Below, piece after piece: positions 11,516 through 23,833 of a stretch of DNA of 64,000 nucleotides (its first letter is position 1; every line of letters begins with the position of its first letter). The notes under the pieces are model-generated. The model did no database searches and was not told the DNA's origin. It saw nothing but the letters and a program-made list of their open reading frames with translations. Position numbers and translations under genes: made by a program. The DNA lies in NCBI GenBank assembly GCA_951406725.2, contig OX597820.1, positions 99,324,001 through 99,388,000 of the forward strand. The letters run 5' to 3'. This stretch comes from Octopus vulgaris (taxonomy: Eukaryota).

Positions 11516-11779
11516 TATAGTCTTCGCTTTTGTGGCCTGGATGTCTTAAAGCCATTCATGGTCCACGGTGCTCATTATATGAATGACGAGAGACTGGCTG
11601 AGATCAAGAAAACATTGAAAGAAAAGCTGTCTAAAATACAAGAGGAGAAACCAATGGAATACATATCTTTCAAGGAATTCTCTTTCCCTCCTGGTCAACT
11701 GTCAGACAGTTATATGGAGAAAATGTCTGGAGTGGAAACTGCACCCACTGTTGGCCATCACCTTGGCAAGAGGATGTAA
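11516..11779 (+). CDS. NQO1: NQO1-like, last coding exon
   Basis: ttctcttctAG|TAT. Translates to YSLRFCGLDVLKPFMVHG...TAPTVGHHLGKRM*. The terminal VGHHLGK matches the NQO1 C-terminal domain, which NQO2 lacks. Confidence 0.93.
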   Translation, partial: YSLRFCGLDVLKPFMVHGAHYMNDERLAEIKKTLKEKLSKIQEEKPMEYISFKEFSFPPGQLSDSYMEKMSGVETAPTVGHHLGKRM

Positions 11780-11819
11780 AGCTTAAAATGACTGAACAAA
11801 ACTACTTAAATGGCAATTT

Positions 11820-11825
11820 AATAAA
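11820..11825 (+). promoter_or_regulatory. Candidate poly(A) signal of the NQO1-like gene
   Basis: AATAAA 40 nt after the stop, followed by T-rich sequence. Confidence 0.5.
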
Positions 11826-12116
11826 CAAATGAAATATTACATTTTGATTCATATTGTATTTTTCTCCTCTTCCTCCACTACCACCATCACCACCTAGATC
11901 ATCACCACCACCATCACCAACATCATCATCATCATAATCATCATCACTACAATCATCATCTTGTAGATCAGTGTTTCCCAAACTTTTTTTTGGCAAATGT
12001 CCTCCTTAGAACATGTGGATACTTTCACTGCCCACCCACGCCCCCCACCTAATATGAATGCTAACTAAGTAATTGTTTCTTATGATTTATTTAGAAATAG
12101 AAGAAAATTTTACATA

Positions 12117-12520
12117 GACGCAGGAGTGGCTGTGTGGTAAGTAGCTTGCTAACCAACCACATGGTCCCGGGTTCAGTCCCACTGCGTGGCATCTTGGGCA
12201 AGTGTCTTCTGCTATAGCCTCGGGCCGACCAAAGCCTTGTGAGTGGATTTGGTAGACAGAAACTGAAAGAAGACTGTCGTATATATGTATATATATGTAT
12301 GTGTGTGTATATGTTTGTGTGTCTGTGTTTGTCCTTCTAGCATTGTTTGACAACCGATGCTGGTGTGTTTACGTCCCCGTAACTTAGCAGTTCGGCAAAA
12401 GAGACCGATAGAATAAGTACTGGGCTTACAAAGAATAAGTCCCGGGGTCGATTTGCTCGACTAAAGACGGTGCTCCAGCATGGCTGCAGTCAAATGACTG
12501 AAACAAGTAAAAGAGAGTAA
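12117..12520 (+). mobile_element. SINE family A
   Basis: Full-length match to the 10874 copy. Confidence 0.85.
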
Positions 12521-12689
12521 AGAATATACATGTATACATTTTATTCACAGCAACATTTACTGACTGCATTGGATGTGATCAGTGTGATCCTTGCAGCTTG
12601 GTTCTAAATTTGACAAAAGAAGTCGTAAATCACTAGGTGGTTTCTGTTTTTAGTTAAAATTTGGTTTAAATAATAATAAAATAAATAAA

Positions 12690-12925
12690 TGCACCCTTTT
12701 AAAGCCTAGCCAGGCTCATTGGCCCGGTTTCCCAGATTCTATGACGTATGTGTTCCCCAGCTGGATGGGATGCGAGTCCATCACAGCATTACTCATTTTT
12801 GCCAGCTGAGTGGACTGGAGCAACATGAAATGAAATGTTTTGCTCAAGAACACAACGCGTCGCCCGGTCCAGGAATCGAAACCACAATCTTATAATCATG
12901 GTGCTGACACTCTAACCACTAAGCC
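12690..12925 (-). mobile_element. tRNA-derived SINE (related copy at 19435-19727)
   Basis: Minus strand has A-box GGCTTAGTGG and B-box GTTTCGATTCC. Confidence 0.7.
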
Positions 12926-14590
12926 TCCATAAAACTTGGTTTACTGGATTAAATTCTTTCTCCACCAAGTAAGATGGGAATGCAATGAAAAATAGCCTTA
13001 CTTCATTCCACAGTAAAGAAAATTTCACACTGCAATGTGACCACATTTCACATTTCAAAAATCGTCTTTCCTTCTTCGTCACATTGTAGCTTGACAATGT
13101 CCTTCTGCAAATCAATTTTTGTTCCTCTGGTTTGCACACAAATGGGTTCTTTACTCAGTCAGGAATATTCTGTTCAATCAATGGACAGAAACTGACAAAA
13201 CTCCTTCTTTCCCAGGTTTTGTTTATACAGTTTGATTTTGCTTATGAAACTGTTAATTGCATTTTTTGCTTGAATGAGGGTAAAATTATTCCCTTGCAGT
13301 TACAAATTTAGAATGTTCATTTTATTGTAAATATCAGCCAATTAAGCTACATCACCGTGTATGAAGTCAACGTTTTTGCAAGTTGTTCATCATGATGTAT
13401 ATGTAAGAATTCTACAACAGTGCTTCAAACAAGAGCCTTTAGATAACCAACGAACTTCAGTGTGAAGAAGTGTTTCATATTCTTCACCATTTTCTTCACA
13501 TAATTGATGGAACTGTCTAGTGTTTAAAGCCTGAGATTTTATTTTGTTGACAACATATTATTACAGCAAGGCTGGAAGAGAGAGTCACTCACTCAGCCTT
13601 TTAGCAATGAGATGTTGCCAGTGAATTGCACAGGGTATTGTGAATAGACCAGGCATTTCTTTTTCCATATGTGACACCAGACCAGCTTGATGACCTGTCA
13701 TAGGTGGTGCATCATCAGTTGTGCATGATATCATATTGCTGAAGGGAAAACAGTTCTTTTCGAAATAAGCTTTCAATGCTTCGTACATTATCTCTGATTC
13801 ATCGAGTTGTATACTGAATTCAATTTTTTTGAGTTCCAAACACAATTGATTTTCAATATTTTCACTCATTTTATCAATTCAACAAGATACGGTATTGTTG
13901 CTAAGGGGAATTGATTTTAAAATCTTTAAAACCAGTTGACTTTAAGAACAGTTGTAAGAATTTCGGTGACTGAGGGTATTATCAGAGTTTCTCCAATTGT
14001 ATGTGGTTTTCCACATTTTGCTATAAATTTTGATATCCTGTATGAGGACCATGTGTTTTGGAACCAAGTTTGTTACCACACAGCCACACCTGCACCTATG
14101 TATGTGTGTGTATATATATACATGTAAATTTAAATTTAAAATAATAAGGGTGAAAAAATGAATATTAATTTGATTAATATGAATTGAAAACCAGTGGTGT
14201 AGCATATAAGACCACAGCGGATCTTCTTCTAGCAAAATGGATGTCCACTGTTAATAGTTCATCCCTCTTCTATAACAGTTTCTTTAATAGGTTCAGTATT
14301 AAAGTGAAAGTGTCTGACATTACAATATAGAGATGTTTTTGTTTCACTTTTAACACATAATACTGAAATAGTGAAAATATGATGTTGCTGTGGGCTCGCC
14401 CTAGGCAAGAAGTTAAAAATATTTTTGCCCATGACACTACATTGACCCTAAGTAAGGCATGTGTAAAATTTGAATGAAATTGGTTGTGTAGTTCTCAAGT
14501 TTTAGGGATTCACACAGACAGACAGACACACATTCTCAGTTTTATATATATAGATATGCATACACACACACACACATATATATATACATA

Positions 14591-14646
<56 letters not shown>

Positions 14647-14995
14647 CAGACATTCATGCATGTATGTCTGTATAATGATGGGATGGTATTTTGTTTCTAC
14701 TTGGAACTTATTATTTGCTTGCAAACAGGAAGAAAAGTTACTATACAGGAAGAGATACTAAACCAACAAGTGCAATTTGAACTACTTATGTTAGTTAATA
14801 AAATGTGAAACCTACTTTTGCATTATTTTTGGCACAATGTGCGCGCGCGCGTGTGTGTGTGTGTGTGTGCGTGTGTGTGTGTGCATGCTACTTGAAACAA
14901 AAGTAATGAAAAAATAGGCTTAACTGTTATTTTTTTATTAACTAACGTAAGTTGATCAAGTTACACATGTTAATAGAGTAACTCTTTCTCTATAG

Positions 14996-15133
14996 CAGTG
15001 GTTTGCAACCTTTTCACTACCATTTATTTAAATGAGTTTTCCAATGGGCCCCAGGATATTGAAAGATCTGTCTGCTTAAAATGTTCACTGACCCCCAGTA
15101 CTACCTTTGCGAACTACAGGCTGGAAATCACTG
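14996..15133. mobile_element. hAT-type MITE
   Basis: CAGTGGTTTGCAACC...GGCTGGAAATCACTG with 8-bp TSD ctctatag (14988-14995; right copy displaced to 15518-15525 by a SINE). Confidence 0.65.
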
Positions 15134-15142
15134 CTCACTTAA

Positions 15143-15517
15143 CTCTTTTACTTGTTTCAGTCATTTGACTGCGGCCATGCTGGAGCACCGCCTTTAGTCG
15201 AGCAAATTGACCCCAGGACTTATTCTTTGTAAGCCTAGTACTTATTGTATCGGTCTCTTTTGCCGAACCGCAAAGTTACAGGGACGTAAACACACCACCA
15301 TCGGTTGTTAGGCAATGTTGGGGGGGACAAACACGGACACAAATATATACACATACACACACATACGACGGGCTTCTTTCAGTTTCCGTCTACCAAATCC
15401 ACTCACAAGGCTTTGGTCGGCCCGAGGCTATGGTAGAAGACACTTGCCATGCAGTGGGAATGGACCCAGAACCATGTGATTGGTAAGCAAGCTCCTTAAA
15501 ACACAGCCACTCCTACG
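15143..15517 (-). mobile_element. SINE family A
   Basis: Reverse-complement match to the 10874 copy. Confidence 0.85.
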
Positions 15518-15634
15518 CTCTATAGAAATTCTTATTCTTGTTCTTCATTGCTAGCATATAATGACCTCCAAGTAGAAGCAACGTGCTGTCATTGAGTTCT
15601 TGGCGAAAGAGAGATACAGTCTATCCGACATCTA

Positions 15635-16123
15635 AGCCTCTTCTTCTTATCTCCTTAAAGACATACATCATCTCGAAAGAGTCCAGAAGCTGGCTACCCG
15701 CATGGTTCTTGGTCTCAAGAATTTGTCTTATGAAGAAAGGCTGAAGACGCTTGACCTTTATTCTCTAGAAAACGACGACGCTGTGGTGATCTTATTCTTG
15801 CTCACAACATCATAAGCGGAAAGTGTAACCTCTCGAAAGAGCTGTTCTTCACTCCTGCTCCAGAGCGTCGGCTGCGGGATCATTCCGAAAAGCTCTATCT
15901 GTGACGATTTCATCTCAATCAAAGGAGAGGGGCTTTCTCCGTCCGGGTTGCGGATCCGTGGAATAAGCTGCCGGACGAGATAGTGAAGATGCCAACGACC
16001 GCTCGGTTCAAAGTCTTGACCAGAAATGGCCTGAACTCTTTGCATGAACACCCTCCCTGTACATAACTCCATGTCCCCCTACATGGCCTTGCTTTTTGAG
16101 CCAAAAAATTAACTTAACTTAAC
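15635..16123 (+). mobile_element. CR1-like LINE 3' end
   Basis: KDIHHLERVQKLATRMVLGLKNLSYEERLKTLDLYSLE..RGDLI-type C-terminus; (AACTT)n tail. Confidence 0.8.
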
Positions 16124-16431
16124 TATAGGTGGTTTATGGAGATGACACTCTTGACAATAACAATATGTACCGGTGGAGGAAAAAAATTTAAAGAAAAGGA
16201 AACTAGCATTGAAGACAAACCATGTAGTGGGACACTATCAGTAGTCAGCATACAGTTTACGGTGGTGAAAAAATGGAATAAAATTGTCCTAAAAATTGTG
16301 AAAATATATTGAAATAGAAACAAATTGTGATGACAGTGATAGCCCATAATTTCATTTAAACGATGTATGTAACATAACCAATGTGTAAACTGTGCATGTA
16401 TTTAATAGCATGAAAACAGTACATATATTTA

Positions 16432-16790
16432 CTAGCACTATGACCCGGCAACGCTGGGTCATCGTGCCAGTGCATGCATATACAGCTGCGTGCATGCGCA
16501 CTTACACGCGAGTACTGTCCAAATATCCAACCAATCACATACAGCTAGCAAACTTTCAATTGGTGTATCAAGTTTCGGACATTTTGATTAGGTTTTGGAT
16601 AGAAAATTCACAAAAAATTCACTTCTATTCATTTTAAATGCCTTTGCGGGGTGACTGGGGAAATGTAAGGATGTGCACGACCACCCTTGGGCGGTTTTGA
16701 ATGACCATAGAAAGTGCGAGCCCTCTAACTGAAAAATTGTGGATTTGTATAAAGGACACACACACAGACATTTTGCCGTTTATATATATA
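16432..16790 (-). mobile_element. Short non-autonomous Helitron
   Basis: Minus-strand 3' end with a gaccc..gggtc hairpin followed by CTAG|T. Confidence 0.6.
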
Positions 16791-17630
16791 CTAGCAGAAT
16801 TGCCCGGCGTTGCTCGGGGCTGAATTGCTTGAAAGTACTGTTAATGATTGCACTGAATTATGATGATTATTCAGGCAAATATTGATATAAGTTTACGGTG
16901 GGAGATAAGGACTTAACGATAAAACGTGTGCCATTGCATTGTTTTGGGGGAACCAAATTTCTGATGAGCATTATAGGGGCACCAACTTTAAGTTTGAGAA
17001 AGTGTGGTGGTAGTCCGGGGTGCTCAAAGGAATTGAGTACCTCTATTGGATAGTTGATGACGTCCTCTGGGTCAGGAGTTGTATCGATAGACTGATATAC
17101 ATAGACTTCCCCAGGAATGAGTTTTAGCATTTCATCATTAATATGGTGAACAGTTTTATTCCTCGGGGCCAGTATAGCCTTTTTGCCAATCCAATCCATA
17201 TTCTGATAATTAGCTTGTAGATCTGGGAACACTGCATCTCTGAGATCAGAAGGCGTCTTAACAATGGTACAAATGGAATCGATGGCAATATTACCATTTT
17301 CATCCCCTGGTATTTTGCCTTCACCAAGTGCAAGGAGGGTGTGAGGAAATGCTGCTGATGTGATATTACGTCGCATATGAGCACGCATATTGGTGTGAAG
17401 TTTGAGAGTTACTTCCCTTTATTAAAAAAAATATGCATTAAAATGGAAAAAAATTATGGTAAATTATTTGTAAAATCATAGACTCATCGTAGACGCGCGC
17501 TAATACCCACAAGGGCTCGATATGAATCACGACTATAAGATACCCGGTTTTGGTTAAACTGCATTGCAAAATGTGGGAGTAGTTAGGAATCTAAATCGGA
17601 GTAGACAGACACACAACCTTTCTTTTATAT
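16791..17630 (-). mobile_element. Helitron carrying a PIF1-helicase C-terminal fragment
   Basis: ORF 16867-17388 has AILAPRN and PPHFLKLKVGAPIMLIRNL..KQCNGTR. 3' end has a cccg..cggg hairpin followed by CTAG|T at 16791. Confidence 0.85.
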
Positions 17631-17635
17631 ATAAA

Positions 17636-18090
17636 TATTTTCGTCCTAAAAAACTTTGTATGGATTGAATGGTTACCTCTATGGAAATATATACACGCAC
17701 ATTATACATACATGTGTGTATAGATGAATATATAAATACATTTAAATATCTATATACACTTTTGGGCGATCTTTCTTTTTCTTAGAGATAACTTTAGATC
17801 TTATATTCGTCCTAAAAAACTTTGTATGGAGTGAAAGGTTACCTCTATGGAAATATATACACACACATTATACATACATCTGTGTATAGATGAATATATA
17901 GATCTTATATTCGTCCTAAAAAACTTTGTATGGAGTGAAAGGTTACCGCTATGGAAATATATACACACACATTATACATACATCTGTGTATAGATGAATA
18001 TATAAATACATTTAAATATCTATATACACTTTTGGGCGATCTTTCTGCTACTTGGATATAGGTCTTATATTCGTCGTAAAAAACTTTCCT
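17636..18090. repeat. Tandem triplication of a ~100-165-bp unit
   Basis: ttcgtcctaaaaaactttgtatgga...ctatggaaatatatacac recurs at ~17640, ~17806 and ~17910, with a partial copy at ~18070. Confidence 0.85.
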
Positions 18091-20005
18091 GTCACACACT
18101 CACGCACACGCACACACACACACACACACGCATCCTCACACACACACACGCTAGCTTACAATTTTATTTATATATTTGCGTGTCTATGTGTGTAAAGTGG
18201 AAGTGGGAATGTATAGTGAAATAGTCACTCACTACAGAAAGTGAATTAGTTTCACTTTATTCGTTGCACACTGTGTGTGTGCGTTTGCGTGTGCTGTATC
18301 CCACACTAAGAGAAGCATTTGACTCATACACCACAATGTGAGTTTTCTTTAAATTTTGCTTAATTGGGGTTGAAATTTTAAAAAGTGGATCTGTCACGAC
18401 CCGATGCATTCTACTCTTAAAAATGCTAGGTAAATTGTAATTGAAGAAATCCTATATTGTAGATTTCTATAAGATACAAAGGGAGGCAGATAAAATCTGC
18501 CTTTTATAATAAGAGATATTTGATGAAAACAGTCACATTGCTCAGTGGTATTCGTGGCTGGGTATCGTACATTGGAGCAGTGTACCTTGGCTGCTACTTC
18601 TGCAATATCTAACATAACACTTAAAAATACTATACATGTAGATAACTGTGGTTGTGGCATAACGAGGGAGTTATCTTTTTTTTTTTTTGTTAATGAAATT
18701 TGGTGTCACTGGAAGTCTGCTCTGATCTACTAGAAGCGTTTGAAACCAAGAAAAACAAGTTTTCTTTCAATGTGGTAGCAGGAGATGAAACATGGCTATA
18801 CCTTTATGATCCTGAAACGAAAGTTGAATGCACGTCTTCTCCAAGGACTAAGAAGTTCAATAGCCATTGATCCGCATAGAAAATTATGATAATTTTTTTT
18901 TAATGACAAAGGCGACATTCTCCTTGATTGTCTTGAGCGTGGCTGGACCGTGAACATTACGGTAAGACACTCAAATTGTTAGATAAGTCAAAAGGAGGAA
19001 GAGACCGAACAAGAATCTGAAAACTGTCTACATTCACTATGAAAAAGTGCAACTATGCACATCATTGGCAAGAAATAGGGAAATCGGCTTATTAGGCGGG
19101 TAGGTGTTTCCGCCCCTCCACCCGGCCCTTTGATTTTATTATTTGCCCCAGCATGGCCACAGCTCGTGAGCTGAAACTAGATAAAATAAAAGGAATGATA
19201 TACAACAGCAAAACAAATCATTAACTGGTTACAACTGGAGTCACGTCTAAAGTTATACACGATCAAAAAACATTAATGAATCGAGTGGAGAGCTGTCTAC
19301 AACAGGAGTCTCATTCTAGAATGGAACAAAGTGGGTTGACCGTCGATTACGTTTTGAAAACTTCCAAACATAAACGTATGTGATTATGCGGGGAGAAACA
19401 CAACGGAGAATACAGATTTTTACGAGAAATGAACTGGATATAACTGGTAGTCTGTCGGTTACGAGTGTTCCATCTGATCCGATCAACGGAACAACCTGCT
19501 CGTGAAATTGATGTACAGACGCGTGTACCCTTAATGTAGTTCACAGGGGTATTCATTGTCATACAGAAAGTGACGAGGCTGGCCCTTTTGAAATACATGT
19601 ACTACTCATTTTGTCAGCTGACTTGAAATAAAATGTCTTGCGCAAGAACACAACGCTCCGCCAGGAATTGAACTCAAGACCTTATGATCGTAAGCCAAAT
19701 ACCCTAACCACTAAGCCAAGCGCCCGCACATCAGAAATGTGAAGCGGTTGGTTCATGGATTTTCAACCAGGAATTGAAATCGCAGCCCAAATGTTTCTAC
19801 TAGCTTCTACCTTTGTTCTATGAAAATCGCAGTCGGAGATTTACGAGTCATCTCTCAAATTCTTGGACCACCAACAGTTCAACCTAGATAACCTAAGAAA
19901 AACCCTCCGCTCTCCTGACATATTTTAGCGAGGATATTGCTATAAATACGGAACTCGAAAAGAATTGTTCTGCTTTAATTAGGCACTTGGCAGAGGGACA
20001 TATCA

Positions 20006-20463
20006 AGGATCTTTTCCTTTTGAACAGCACATGTCAACACAATTTCTAGTTAACTAAACACTTTTAAACTTCGTATACTGGTAGAATAAACATAATTTTT
20101 TCTTGGCTTTATTGAGAAAATTCTATATGTTGTAACATATTTCCACATATTAGGGTTAGGGTTAGGGGTGGGGGAAGGGTATTTTTTTCCTTCGCAAACG
20201 TAAATAAACCCAAACTGTTTCTTAAACAAGTGACATATTCATACAGCACGGAATGTTTTCACCCCAAATGAAGGTCAGCGATTGGTTAAAATTGCCGAAA
20301 TGCTTGAAATTAAAGTAGAAATATGTTACAACATATAGAATTTTCTCAATAAAGCCAAGAAAAATGATGTTTTATAAACACATTCTACCAGTATACGAAG
20401 TTTAAAAGTGTTTAGTTAACTAGAAATTGTGTTGACATGTGCCGTTCAAAAGGAAAAGATCCC
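20006..20463. mobile_element. Foldback MITE with GGGATC termini and internal TTAGGG repeats
   Basis: Long TIRs; flanks atatca/atacca; ttagggttagggttagg near 20150. Confidence 0.8.
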
Positions 20464-22171
20464 ATACCAATATTCTTTCCTCAGCGCTGTCAGAGTTAAC
20501 ACGTCTCTCTTTCTATTGGCGGCTATCACCAAGATAATATACCCCCATTACTCTCTTTATTCTGTGACACAGAGAGGTAAACTGTTTTACTTTCTCTTTC
20601 TCACTTTTGTTCTGGCCACATAACAGTAAACAACAAATGACCACCACATTCTACACGGGTGACAACAGAACTACTCGTCTTCATAATTTAACAACTCGAA
20701 GCAATTGTATATTATAACAATAGATAAAACCATGTTAGCTGTTATTTATTTTCTTTCTTCTCATTTATACTAGTCGCCACTGCATCAAGAATACTGCATT
20801 CATTCCATTCCAGAGACTTCATGAAGAAACGAACTGCACAACCTTGTTTATAACTGGAGACTACGAATCGAACACCCGACACTGCTAACCAGCATACAGA
20901 TCGTTACAAATATGTAAAGCAATTGAAAAATAAATTAAATGCCGAGCCTGAATTGAATGAAAAACAAAATAAGGCAAGAAAAAGAAAGAAAAATGTGTAT
21001 GATAATATTCATACTGAATAATTTCAGCTGTCGATGGAATGAACCAGGTTATAAATGGCCTGTTTTATTTGGAAAATTCCGAACTTAAGACCACAGGAAA
21101 TGTAGATGATGCTTTAGCGAGGGATGTCGCTAATGAAAACGTCAACACTTTAATAATTGGACTGTGCTATTAATCCAATGGCCATGAAATGCCTCTGTGC
21201 AGTAAGTAACAACAACACTCGTATCTGTGCGAATAACTTCACGTCCAGGGTACACAATGTTCAATAAAGTTATCTGGGGTGAAGAAAGGGTCCTGAACAA
21301 CTTGCCATGTTCCATGATAACGTTGAGAAAATACAAATAATTCAAGCTACAAGATTTACTTTCCACAGGCACTAGACGTAGTATACCATAGCGAGTTGCT
21401 GGTAGGAATTTGAATATCGAATTCACGTGCCTGGCTCTCTTTTCCAAAGTTGACTTTGTCGAGCAGCGGAGAAGAAAGGAGAAAAGAGATATTTTCTTTA
21501 TTAACCTATAAAAGGTTTACATAGAGGGGACATTACAAGTACAGACAGGAGGAGAAAAGAGAGCAAGTTCGAGCAGGTGGATAGAGTTGTGAGCGACGAA
21601 GCATGGCTACAAACGAAACTTTCGCTACAACCTACAAAAAGCCAACAGAACTTCTGTCATGCGAATAATTTCAACTGCTTCTGTTTAGACAATAGCAGTA
21701 GCTATATGATATTATGAAATGGATTCTGTTTTTTCTATTCTTTATACTAAATAATCCTTTCTGCATGCAATAGGCATAAGGCCTGAAATTCTGTGGGATT
21801 ACATCGACCTTAGTGCTCAACTGGTACTTAATTAATCGACACAGAAAGGGTAAAAGGCAAAGTCGATCGCAAAGCATTTTGCCCGGCATGCAATCGATCA
21901 TGCCAGCTCACCACCTTTATACTAAATAATTATTCTAAATAATAATAAACAGAAGATTGAGGTCTTCTAAATGGAGAATTCAGTGGATTCACTGGCAACA
22001 AATTTTGTTTCAAAAAATGCAAATGTTATTTGCAGAACAGAATACTAGAAAAGTTTGTATCTGATCTTTTTGTAGTGTAGATTCGGGCGAAATTCCTCTC
22101 TCCCATTTATCATATATACGTACATTCGAACGTAGCAGGGAACAGCTAGCCTTTGGCTGCTATTTGGATCC

Positions 22172-23833
22172 TGTTATGTCTACTACTCTGATTGGTTGGT
22201 ATTGGCACACTTTGTCTCTTACTCTGTCGCGTCAATTGCCATGTATAACCTGTTGGAGTCCCTAAATACGATCGTGTGGGACAGCCTGTTCTCTACCCTG
22301 TTTTGAGCCTACAGTTTCTTTTAAAAACCCAGCTTTCCCTCTTTCCGGTGTCTTTGGTTCCAGCCCTTTTAAGGTCTAACCACTGATCACACAGACACAG
22401 CCTGTTCCAACGACAACGCCAGACAACACCGCCATAGCAACTACGTTGAAACTCACCAACTTCGTCCAACAGCATTACGGCAACCTCCGTCTTTGTCGCC
22501 ACCATCATGTCCTTCTTAACATCGTCAACATCATCTCTTTACGTACACAGCTCAGCAAGCAACTCATCCAGGTTCCAACACTTCGCTGTTGGTGAATTAC
22601 TTTACCATGGATCAAGAGCGAATATACAACCTGCATGAACTCCTGTATCAAGTGACCCAGGCTGCAGCATCGCAGTCACGACTTCACGTACGGCACGTAC
22701 CTGTAACCGGTTCAGCATGACAGCCACGACTTCACGTACCTGTAACTGGCTCCGTATCACATCCACGACTTCTTGGATACAGTATTTCAGCTACCGTCTA
22801 CAACTGACTACGAACTAGCATTCATTATCATTCTTGTGTCTATGAACTTACTTCTTAATACAATAGCTATAGACTCTTTTACTGTTTCCTTATCGACATC
22901 CTTAAATGTACTTAACACATGTGCATACATCTATGGGATCTTTTCCTTTTGAACGGCAGCCAATTTCTTGTTAACTAAACACTTTAAAACTTCGTATACT
23001 GGTAGAATGTGTCAAAATAAAACATTTTTTTCTCTTGGCTTTCTTGAGAAAAGTGTAATTTGTAAGTTTAATGTAGTTTAATTTTTCGAATTTTAACCAA
23101 TCCTATGCCCTCTTTTGAGCTAAAATCATTTGCTGCGTCTAAAACAGACAACACCCTGTCACTAACCCTAACCATCACCCTAACCCTAAATTTTAGCCTT
23201 TCGTGTTTTTTTTTCTTAATTGTTAAATTAATTTAATTGTTACGCATGTAAAAAAAAACTAAAGCAATGGAATTAAATTAATTTACCAATTAAGAAAAAA
23301 AATTAGGGTTAGGGGGGGAGGTTTAGGGTTAGTTACAAGATGTTGTCTCAGTTTTAGACGCAGCAAATGATTTTAGTTGAATGGAGGTAATCGATTGGTT
23401 AAAATTGCCGAAATGCTCGGATTTTCAGACGAAATATCTTACAAACTATAGAATTTTCTCAATAAAACCAAGATAAAATGATGTTTTATAAACACATTCT
23501 ACCAGTATACGAAGTTTAAAAGTGTTTAGTTAACTAGAAATTGTTTGACATCTGCCGTTCAAAAGGAAAAGATCCCATCTATGCTTACGCACACACATAC
23601 ATTTTGCTCTCATTACGGCATCTCTAATATTCTGGATACATGACGCACACACAGACACATATGTTAACATATCAATAAATCTCTTAATCATTCTACGCGG
23701 TTGTGTCTCCTTTTTCTATTTGGTAAGTAAATGGTTCTATCAATATCTCTCTTTCATTGTAACTGCCGTGTGATCTGGTACTAAAGACCCATTCTCATCA
23801 CTTCGCATCGCTCGGTCATTTACATTTTTAACA
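22172..23833 (+). mobile_element. Possible solo LTR interrupted by the foldback MITE
   Basis: TGTTA...TAACA ends, CpG-richer interior with short internal repeats, AATAAA near 23674. No TSD seen. Confidence 0.3.
22935..23576. mobile_element. Foldback MITE, same family (truncated copy at 27202-27378)
   Basis: GGGATCTTTTCCTTTTGAACGGCA...TGCCGTTCAAAAGGAAAAGATCCC; exact 6-bp TSD ATCTAT; ctaaccctaa and ttagggttag arms. Confidence 0.88.

Larger units (their letters stand above)
11969..14035 (-). mobile_element. hAT (Charlie/Buster-like) transposase remnant with SINE insertions
   Basis: Terminus CAGTGTTTCCCAAAC at 11969. Minus-strand motifs FSIQLDES, CTTDDAPPMTG, CAIH and LLHTEVRWLSKG. Confidence 0.8.
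15560..19060 (+). mobile_element. Second, old mariner transposase broken by nested insertions
   Basis: KQRAVIEFLAKE (~15576), KFKEKETSIEDKPCSG (~16180) and VVAGDETWLYLYDPET (~18772) in order on +. Confidence 0.65.

Noticed and set aside
16867-17388. Host PIF1 helicase gene
   Set aside because: Intronless fragment bounded by a Helitron hairpin-CTAG end; transposon-derived.
20148-20172. Interstitial telomere or chromosome fusion site
   Set aside because: Only a few TTAGGG units, and they are an internal part of a repeated MITE.
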